Source: Candidatus Omnitrophota bacterium
GTDB taxonomy: Bacteria; Omnitrophota; Gorgyraeia; 2-01-FULL-45-10
NCBI GenBank assembly: GCA_023818895.1
Contig: JAMWCX010000001.1
Coordinates: forward strand, 1-32,000
Direction: 5' to 3'
Length of the DNA stretch: 32,000 nucleotides
Shown here: piece after piece, positions 1 through 6,662 of the stretch
Numbering within the stretch: the stretch's first letter is position 1
How the letters are laid out: each line of letters begins with the position of its first letter
Position numbers and translations under genes: made by a program
The notes under the pieces: generated by a model
Databases searched by the model: none
Told to the model about the DNA's origin: nothing
What the model saw: only the letters and a program-made list of their open reading frames with translations

Positions 1-3000
1 GAATCCACAGCCGAAAAACTCCTGCCTTCACCCCGGGATAAGGAACAGTCGTACAAGTTCGCTCCCGGCTATCTCATGAACCAGCAGGAAAAACACGAGG
101 ACATAATCAAACAGAGGCAGGCGACCGATGATCTTCAGTGGGCGGTAGATCAGGATCTGCGAAAAAAGACGCGCGGCGAAGGTGAGGACGACGAGTGGAA
201 ACTGCAACGCAAGCGAGGCGGCGGCCAGGAGCGTGGTGGCGGGGAGGGCGCCATACAGTATACCTTGAGCAATTTTGACGAAAATGGCAAGCCGGGACAA
301 CTTAATGTGTATGAATATAACAGCGATCGTTCGCTACGCGCTATCGTAAGTTATGACATAGCTGACATGGATCCGGCGAAATGGCTTGCCGGCACGACAG
401 AACTGAAGACTGAGGACGGTTCAAAGCTTCTTGGCTCATATGCAAGCAAAGCCGACATCTCGACCCTGGGCGACAGAGATATTCTGACAATGACGTTTTA
501 TATCGGATCGAAAGGTTTCGAGGTCGCTGACTATGCCCTTTCCGGATATGACGAGGAGCTCGAGGCCTTTACGGAGCTGACGATGTACGAATACGGAGGC
601 GGCGGCGTGCTCGCGAAGACGGTGATGTATGATGTCTCCGGCATAACCGAAAAGCTGGAACCGGAGAACAAGGGGGCGTGGAAGGACCTTCTTGTGCCGA
701 CCCTTGTAAAGCGCGCGACGGTCTTCGAGGGCGAGAAATCTAAAGAGAGGATACGCTATGTGCTCGACAACTATTTTATCAGCGGAGAAGGCGCCAACAA
801 TCCGTCGCGGATAAGCATCTATGATTATAGCAAAGTAAGTGGCGACCAGCTTGATGAAGTAAGGACGTATGACATATCGAGCATGCGTGAAACCGTCCCT
901 GTTATGCTGCCCGGCGGCGTGCAGCTGCCTGCGGTGCCGGTTTCGGAAGAGGATCTGCTGGCGGAAGACCGCGACAGGCTCAGGGCTGTTGCGGTATATC
1001 AGGGAGAAAAGAATAAGGAGAAGGTCAATTATAGCCTGCGGTTTGGCGAAAGCGGTGTCCAGCTCTCGCGGTCAGATTACATCTACGATGAGGATGAGTC
1101 TGGCGACCTTGACATGGTTGTCACTTATCGCGGCGAGACAGAGGAGATCATATCGCGGCAGATGTATACGGGCAGGGAAGGAAAAGAAAAAGTGGAGCGG
1201 GCGATAAGCTACAGGACGAACGGCGAGATTACCTCGATAAGTAAGTATGTCTACGATCTTCCGGCATCTGAGTTCGGAGGCGACGCAAGCGCAAAGACGC
1301 TCGACCGGGTAATTACCTTCAGGAGCGGGGAGGACACCGATGATGCGGAAGTGTTTCTTGAGGATGGCTACATATCGAAGATATCTTACTATGAGGGGAG
1401 AGTGTCGGAAGAGAATCTGACCCACGTCTTCTCGCTGAACAGAGACGGATATCCGATTGAGAGGAGTGATTACATCTATGATATAGACCGGAACAAGGGG
1501 CTTGACCAGACGCGGACGTACCAGCTTGATGAAGGTGACGAGTATGATCTTGCGAAAGGTAAACTGCGGTCAGTATCGGATTATTCGGGTCTGACCGGTG
1601 AGGAGAAGATCCGGCACACCCAGACATACCGGCTGAACGAGGACGGAGCTCTCGAAGAGGATGATTACACGTGTTATATATACCAGAACGGCGTGCTTGT
1701 GCAGCACGAGACGTATTATGATAATGCCTCCTCTGCCCGCCTGAAACAGCTGGCCGTCTACCGCGGGACCGAGAGCGAGGAACGGCTTGCCAGCACGACC
1801 GATATGTACCGCTCGGGAGGCGTGAAGGCGTATTCCGAATATTCATACACCGGTAGGTCGCTCAGGGCGGTCGATACGTGGGACGGCATCGACAAGAAGG
1901 GGCTCAGGTCGCACTCGGTATTCGATGGTTTCGAAGGCGAGGAGAAGATCAGGTCGACGCAGGCCTACCACAAGAACGATGCGGGAGCCATTGAACCGAA
2001 CGATTACACCGTCTATAACTACGTGAACGCTGTCATGACCTCCCATACGGTCTACTATGGCGAGGGCGTTTCCGGACAGGTCAAGCAATACGCCGCCTAT
2101 ACCGGGGCCGAAGGCGAGGAGCGGCTCCACACCACGATCGATTACCGGCGCGACGGAAGCATAAGGAGTAATTCCCTGCACACCTATAATGCAGTTACCG
2201 GCGCCCTTGTCAGTGTGGCGGTATGGGACGGCCTGCAACAGATCAATATCCTGAGCGAATCGACCTTCTTCGGTTTTAAGGGAGAGGAAAAGACTCTTTT
2301 TACACAGACCTACCGTCTTAACGAAGCCGGTATTGTTGAGCCAAAGGACTATACTATCTACAAATATGAGAACGGCCGCCTTGCAAGCCATAGCACATAT
2401 TACGGGAATGAGGCCTCGACGCAGGTCAAGCAGCGGGCTTTCTACCAGAACGAGGAAGGTGAGGAGAAGCTCAAGACCACCACCGATTATTACCGCTCAG
2501 GAGCCGTGAGGAGTTATTCCGAATTCGATTACGACGCCAATAATACCCTCGCGTGCGTCAGTACTTGGACTGATGAAACCAAGGCGGTCTTGAAGAGCGT
2601 GTCGGCCTTCTTTGGCTTTGAAGGGGATGAGAATATCCTCAACACCCAGACCTACGTACTTACTTCTAATGGGAGCGTGGTTGCTAACGATTATACCGTG
2701 TATCGATACGAGAAAAGCGTTCTTGCAAGCCACCTCACCGTCTACGGTGATTCGTCTTCGACGGCACTGAAGCAAGAAGCGACCTATACAGGCCATGAGG
2801 GATCGGAGAAGATATCGACTACAACCGATTATTTCAGGCCGTCCAGCGGCACAGCGTCCTTGACGGATGGCTTCGCAAGGGGCGGTGTCAAGTCGTATTC
2901 GGAATACAGATATGACACTGTCTCGAAGGCGTTGAGAGGTGTATCCACATGGGAAGACAGCGCGAAGTCTGTACTCCTGAACGAGTCGATGTATGCGGGA

Positions 3001-3681
3001 TTTGACGGCGAGGAGAAGGTCCAGACCTCACAGTCATATTACCGGGATCATACGCCGAAAGAATTCACCAGGTATATATATGTTAACGGCGTCATTAGGG
3101 CTCATATCTCCTATTACGGGAACGGAAGTTCAGGCGCCGTCAGGCAGACGGCCACCTATACCGGCGAAGAGGGCGAGGAGGTCATAGACAATACGACAGA
3201 CTATGAGTACCCATTTGATGAAGGAGAGCAAGAGGGTGAGGAAGAGGCGGTAGCTGGGCAGGCTCCCGAGGATGAGAGCTCATACTCAGAATATACCTAT
3301 GACCCCGTATCGGGAGCTATGACGATGATGACGACCTGGTACGATTCTTCCAAGGTGCGGCTGAAGAGCGTAAGCACATTTTCAGGCAACAGGGGAGGCG
3401 AAAAGATACAAAGCACTCAGACCTATAACACGGACGGGTCATTCAAGGATTATACTGTCTATGCTTACGACGGACCCGCCCTTGTGTCGCACGCAACCTA
3501 CTACGGTGGGCCGTCGTCGGTGATTGTAAAGCAGGCCGCGATATATACCGGCACTGAAGGCTCAGAGAAAATATGGAAGACTACCGATTACCGGAGAGAT
3601 GGGACGATATCCTCGTATTCGGAATATACGTACGATAACAGGGCCCTGGAGAGGATAGATACCTGGGGTGAAAGAGGCTGA
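1..3681 (+). CDS. Giant YD/RHS-like beta-hairpin repeat protein, 5'-partial (frame open to the window edge)
   Basis: Frame 1 has no stop from nt 1 to TGA 3679-3681, so the ATG at 76 is probably internal. The translation is a continuous series of Y-x-Y-D...L..V.T(W/Y) hairpin-like motifs (e.g. YSEYTYDPVSGAMTMMTTWYD, YSEYRYDTVSKALRGVSTWED) resembling YD/RHS repeats. No signal peptide, TM segment, RHS core (DPxGL) or distinct C-terminal domain is visible. Confidence 0.8.
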   Translation, partial: ESTAEKLLPSPRDKEQSYKFAPGYLMNQQEKHEDIIKQRQATDDLQWAVDQDLRKKTRGEGEDDEWKLQRKRGGGQERGGGEGAIQYTLSNFDENGKPGQLNVYEYNSDRSLRAIVSYDIADMDPAKWLAGTTELKTEDGSKLLGSYASKADISTLGDRDILTMTFYIGSKGFEVADYALSGYDEELEAFTELTMYEYGGGGVLAKTVMYDVSGITEKLEPENKGAWKDLLVPTLVKRATVFEGEKSKERIRYVLDNYFISGEGANNPSRISIYDYSKVSGDQLDEVRTYDISSMRETVPVMLPGGVQLPAVPVSEEDLLAEDRDRLRAVAVYQGEKNKEKVNYSLRFGESGVQLSRSDYIYDEDESGDLDMVVTYRGETEEIISRQMYTGREGKEKVERAISYRTNGEITSISKYVYDLPASEFGGDASAKTLDRVITFRSGEDTDDAEVFLEDGYISKISYYEGRVSEENLTHVFSLNRDGYPIERSDYIYDIDRNKGLDQTRTYQLDEGDEYDLAKGKLRSVSDYSGLTGEEKIRHTQTYRLNEDGALEEDDYTCYIYQNGVLVQHETYYDNASSARLKQLAVYRGTESEERLASTTDMYRSGGVKAYSEYSYTGRSLRAVDTWDGIDKKGLRSHSVFDGFEGEEKIRSTQAYHKNDAGAIEPNDYTVYNYVNAVMTSHTVYYGEGVSGQVKQYAAYTGAEGEERLHTTIDYRRDGSIRSNSLHTYNAVTGALVSVAVWDGLQQINILSESTFFGFKGEEKTLFTQTYRLNEAGIVEPKDYTIYKYENGRLASHSTYYGNEASTQVKQRAFYQNEEGEEKLKTTTDYYRSGAVRSYSEFDYDANNTLACVSTWTDETKAVLKSVSAFFGFEGDENILNTQTYVLTSNGSVVANDYTVYRYEKSVLASHLTVYGDSSSTALKQEATYTGHEGSEKISTTTDYFRPSSGTASLTDGFARGGVKSYSEYRYDTVSKALRGVSTWEDSAKSVLLNESMYAGFDGEEKVQTSQSYYRDHTPKEFTRYIYVNGVIRAHISYYGNGSSGAVRQTATYTGEEGEEVIDNTTDYEYPFDEGEQEGEEEAVAGQAPEDESSYSEYTYDPVSGAMTMMTTWYDSSKVRLKSVSTFSGNRGGEKIQSTQTYNTDGSFKDYTVYAYDGPALVSHATYYGGPSSVIVKQAAIYTGTEGSEKIWKTTDYRRDGTISSYSEYTYDNRALERIDTWGERG
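1588..3678 (+). repeat. Six in-frame tandem super-repeats (113, 115, 114, 128, 129 and a truncated 98 codons) within the repeat-protein gene
   Basis: Unit heads: 1588 GLTGEEKIRHTQTY, 1927 GFEGEEKIRSTQAY, 2272 GFKGEEKTLFTQTY, 2614 GFEGDENILNTQTY, 2998 GFDGEEKVQTSQSY, 3385 GNRGGEKIQSTQTY. All are in frame 1. Units are conserved at protein level but clearly diverged at DNA level. More degenerate copies of the same motifs occur upstream (about 700-1587). Confidence 0.9.
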
Positions 3682-5245
3682 TCTTAACAGGCAGAGCATC
3701 AGGGCGGCCGCAGGCGAGGTGCGAAGCGGCATGGAAGGCACCATCACCAGGAGTCAGACTATAGTGATCGATGACGAGAGAACAGGTGTCCATGTCGTAC
3801 GAGGCGCCGATCACGAGGGCAGAAAACTTGCCGATGTCGCAAGGCAGCTCGGCGTATCTGCGGAAGGGATCGCCGGATACGAGGTTGGCGTCAAGTTCGT
3901 GCGCACGACCGCTTCTGACGGAAAAGTCGAGATTAGGGCAGTGACGAGCGAGCGTTCCGGACTTGAGCTTAAGGACGGGTTCGTCATACCGAGCGTTACC
4001 AGGACTTTCAAGGAGAGCGAGGATCTCGTGGCGAGCATGCATTCACACCTCGACAGGATAGAGTCGATCGAGTCTGTCGTCGTCGATATGGCGGCCTCGG
4101 CCGCGATCGCGCGGATAACCGGCAAGCGGATATCAGAGCACATCATACAGCCATCCGCCGATGGCATGGATATAGTTGTGAACGAGGTGAAAGAGGAGGA
4201 GCCGGGCCTCTTCAGATTGGTGGGAAGAGAGGATCTTGGTTCCGTGGCGCTTCCCGAGTCTCAGCATGTCGGATTCCGCGCATGGCAGGAAGTACGCACC
4301 AGCCGGTCTACTAGGGTGCCTATATACGGCGGGGCCGAGATGGAGCGCACCGATGAGCCTGACATATTCGCGATCATATTGAGGGAGACAGCGACCAGTT
4401 CGGAGGCACATGAGGCGAAACTTGAGGCGTCAATACACAGGATGGCCGAGGAGATGATGCCCCCTGCCGTCGAACAGCCATTTGCCTTGATAGGTGTCGA
4501 AGCGACTGCTGGGGCGATGCTCGCGCCTCCCGCCAGGCAGATCAGAGCTATCGACGTTATTCTCGATATGATAGCCGCCGGCAAATATGATTTCACCGAA
4601 CGGGACGCTTTCAGCGCGCTCCGGAAACTGGCTACAAGCGGCGTCATCACCCAGCCGGTGGCTATCGCGTTCGACGCCACAAGCGTTGTCGACGCAAACG
4701 GTAAGATCACGAACGCGTCCTTCGGAGAGACGGTCTTAAGTGCGCGTGCCAATGACGATATAGCCAAGGTTGTCCTCATCGCCAGGAGCGAGGATCAGAA
4801 GCGCTCGCTTGAAGGCAAGATCGAAGGTGTAAGTGTTGTCGTCGTAAACGAAAATACGGACAATCCGTCGAATGTCATAAGGGTGGCATTCGAGAACAGG
4901 GTCGGCAATATCGCTATCTTCCTAGAGGATAGCGGCACCGAGCTCGCTCTCGTCGAGAGAGATGTCGCGGCGGTGCAGCATACGCCAAGGGCCGGGACCA
5001 TTGCCTACGCCGTTTTGAATAAGCAGGCACCTGCAGCTGAAGTGCCTGCTGGCAAGATAAACCTCGCAAACCTCCTTACATCCATCGCGATGAAGGGCGC
5101 GTTCGTCGGGATGGGCTACGACGAGCGCGACGAGCGCGTGCAGAGCCTGGCCCGGTTCTTCGGCTTCCACAGGATAATCGCCAACATCGCCAAGGCCCTC
5201 GAGGACTTCATGAGGGCCGTGGAGCTCGCCGCAAAGAGCGTGTAA
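3668..5245 (+). CDS. Hypothetical 525-aa acidic soluble protein, no recognisable domain; possibly the displaced C-terminal part of the upstream repeat protein
   Basis: Long ORF in frame 2, GTG 3668 to TAA 5243-5245, overlapping the upstream stop by 14 nt. SD-like GAGGAT at 3651-3656. Alternative ATG at 3731, preceded by GAGGTG. No Cys, a single Trp, no hydrophobic segment, no motif I can assign. Confidence 0.7.
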   Translation: MKEADLNRQSIRAAAGEVRSGMEGTITRSQTIVIDDERTGVHVVRGADHEGRKLADVARQLGVSAEGIAGYEVGVKFVRTTASDGKVEIRAVTSERSGLELKDGFVIPSVTRTFKESEDLVASMHSHLDRIESIESVVVDMAASAAIARITGKRISEHIIQPSADGMDIVVNEVKEEEPGLFRLVGREDLGSVALPESQHVGFRAWQEVRTSRSTRVPIYGGAEMERTDEPDIFAIILRETATSSEAHEAKLEASIHRMAEEMMPPAVEQPFALIGVEATAGAMLAPPARQIRAIDVILDMIAAGKYDFTERDAFSALRKLATSGVITQPVAIAFDATSVVDANGKITNASFGETVLSARANDDIAKVVLIARSEDQKRSLEGKIEGVSVVVVNENTDNPSNVIRVAFENRVGNIAIFLEDSGTELALVERDVAAVQHTPRAGTIAYAVLNKQAPAAEVPAGKINLANLLTSIAMKGAFVGMGYDERDERVQSLARFFGFHRIIANIAKALEDFMRAVELAAKSV

Positions 5246-5263
5246 AAAACGCGCAAAAATCCC

Positions 5264-5292
5264 TTGACACCCGCCTTTTTATCAGATATACT
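5264..5292 (+). promoter_or_regulatory. Sigma70-type promoter for the AbiE pair
   Basis: TTGACA (5264-5269), 17-bp spacer, TATACT (5287-5292), preceded by an A-tract. The 15-nt core AAAAATCCCTTGACA matches 14/15 with the promoter at 15774-15788. Confidence 0.6.
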
Positions 5293-5325
5293 TAATTAGC
5301 AATAGTGTTAACTAAGTATACTTAT

Positions 5326-5919
5326 ATGAAATACGCCAAACTGACAGCGATAGATAAACTTTATTTCGGGTACGAAGAGATAGGCCGCGCATTGGGCATC
5401 AGCGATAAGTCCGCCAGGGTGTCGGCTAACAGGTATGTAAGGCAGGGCTTTCTCATCAGGATAAAGCGCAATCTCTACGTATTGAAAGAGCGTTGGTCTG
5501 CGTTTGGCAGGGAGGAGAAGTTTATCCTCGCTAATATCGCCCAGGTGCCCTCTTATATATCGCTTATGACGGCGCTCGATTATTATGAGGTGACGACACA
5601 GGTCCAGCGCAACTTAATCGAGTCTGTCGCGCTGAAAAGGACAAAGTCGATAGAAGCGGGCGACGACATATTCAATTATTCCAAGATAGACGCCAGGCTC
5701 TATTTCGGGTTTTCGAGAAAGAACGGTTTCTTTATCGCGGCGCCGGAAAAGGCGTTTCTCGACGCCGTCTATCTCCTGTCGTTAAAAAGGTACCGTTTCG
5801 ATCTGGCATCGATAGATCCGGACAGGCTGGACAAGGCCGTCTTGTGCTCCATGGCCCGAAAGTATCCCCGAAAAACCAAGAAGGCGCTCGAATCGTATGG
5901 ATATTTTAAAAACACATGA
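5326..5919 (+). CDS. abiEi: AbiEi-family antitoxin / wHTH transcriptional regulator (type IV TA)
   Basis: N-terminal pattern ...EEIGRALGISDKSARVSANRYVRQGFLIRIKRNLYVL... fits the AbiEi wHTH signature (G-hydrophobic-R-hydrophobic-xRGxY-like). It sits directly upstream of, and overlaps by 23 nt, an AbiEii-type gene. The ORF track starts at GTG 5305. ATG 5326 is preferred because the predicted transcription start is around 5299. Confidence 0.7.
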   Translation: MKYAKLTAIDKLYFGYEEIGRALGISDKSARVSANRYVRQGFLIRIKRNLYVLKERWSAFGREEKFILANIAQVPSYISLMTALDYYEVTTQVQRNLIESVALKRTKSIEAGDDIFNYSKIDARLYFGFSRKNGFFIAAPEKAFLDAVYLLSLKRYRFDLASIDPDRLDKAVLCSMARKYPRKTKKALESYGYFKNT

Positions 5920-6550
5920 GATATTTGAGATAGATACGCTCGACGGGTTGAAGAGCGCGGGGCTCGTTGAGCCGCTGGTCTTCGGCGGCGGAACGATGCT
6001 TCGGCTGTGCTATGAACTGAACCGCTATTCCGTGGACATTGACTTCTGGTTCATTAAAAAAGTCGACGCAAAATCGTATTTCGACAGGATGCGCCGATAT
6101 CTGGAGATGAATTTTGACCTGACCGACGCGCAGATAAAATTCTATATGCTCCTTTTCGAGATCCGTTCAAAGGATTATCCGAAACGGCTCAAGATAGAGA
6201 TAAGAAAAGAGGCGCGGCAGTGCGATTTCCAGGAAAAGATCGCCTTCTCGAAGTTCAGCACGAAGCAGGTGATCCTTAGGGTTCACACGCTTGAGCAGAC
6301 GATGAAGAACAAGGTCGAGGCGGCGTTGGAAAGGAAAGAGATTCGCGATTTCTTTGATATAGAATTTATGCTTCGCCGGGGGATAAAGATGACACTTAGC
6401 GGTAAGAAAAGGGAGGAGCTTTCGAAGGTCGCCGTTTCCTTCAAGGATAACGACTTCAAGGTCACGCTGGGTTCTATCATCGACGCCGATACAAGGCGCT
6501 TCTATATCGCGAATAAATTCTCATACCTGCTCTCCAGCCTGCGTGGATAG
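5897..6550 (+). CDS. abiEii: AbiEii/AbiGii-family nucleotidyltransferase toxin (short form, 217 aa)
   Basis: Nucleotidyltransferase-fold signature FGGGTMLRLCYELNRYSVDIDFWF (GGTxL ... RxSxDxDF), typical of the AbiEii toxin family. Translationally coupled to the upstream AbiEi-like gene. Confidence 0.75.
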   Translation: MDILKTHEIFEIDTLDGLKSAGLVEPLVFGGGTMLRLCYELNRYSVDIDFWFIKKVDAKSYFDRMRRYLEMNFDLTDAQIKFYMLLFEIRSKDYPKRLKIEIRKEARQCDFQEKIAFSKFSTKQVILRVHTLEQTMKNKVEAALERKEIRDFFDIEFMLRRGIKMTLSGKKREELSKVAVSFKDNDFKVTLGSIIDADTRRFYIANKFSYLLSSLRG

Positions 6551-6570
6551 CGCGCCTCATTTGTTTTATA

Positions 6571-6599
6571 TTGACTCGCCAGCCTCTTTATATTACAAT
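6571..6599 (+). promoter_or_regulatory. Sigma70-type promoter for the fhs operon
   Basis: TTGACT (6571-6576), 17-bp spacer, TACAAT (6594-6599). This gives a ~60-nt AT-rich leader to the fhs ATG at 6663, which has no obvious Shine-Dalgarno (…acaacactccacATG). Confidence 0.55.
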
Positions 6600-6662
6600 T
6601 ATTTCCTCGCAGTACGCTATTTATAAGTATGTAATTCTCTTAATATAATTACAACACTCCAC

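Noticed and set aside
1319-2391. Two abutting minus-strand ORFs (175 and 182 aa), and several others, antisense to the repeat-protein gene and ORF2 (e.g. 28-300, 3581-4042, 4261-4779)
   Set aside because: These are typical shadow ORFs of GC-rich, codon-biased coding sequence. The translations are Arg/Ser/Pro-rich nonsense and the plus-strand frame carries the conserved periodic repeat.
1588-3678. Regular ~340-bp periodicity, considered as a CRISPR or satellite array
   Set aside because: The period is far too long, there are no short conserved direct repeats with unique spacers, and the periodicity is in-frame and conserved at protein rather than DNA level. It is an intragenic protein repeat.
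1-3681. Calling the repeat protein a canonical RHS/Tc polymorphic toxin
   Set aside because: YD-like hairpins are present, but I find no PxxxxDPxGL core motif, no RHS-associated N-terminal domain in the visible part, and no toxin domain within this ORF. Only the looser label 'YD/RHS-like' is justified.
1-5245. Left block as a compositionally foreign (GC-rich) horizontally acquired island
   Set aside because: Hand counts of a few 60-nt lines gave about 57-67% GC here and about 42% in the rpoB/rpoC lines. Lines from fhs and acsB gave 55-62%, so the left block is not distinct from the core metabolic genes. The sampling is too small, and a proper sliding-window GC/codon analysis is needed.
6600-6662. 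ZTP (pfl-motif) or THF riboswitch in the fhs leader, as often found upstream of C1/folate genes
   Set aside because: The leader is only ~60 nt and very AT-rich. It lacks the GC-rich conserved cores and pseudoknot segments of these riboswitches.
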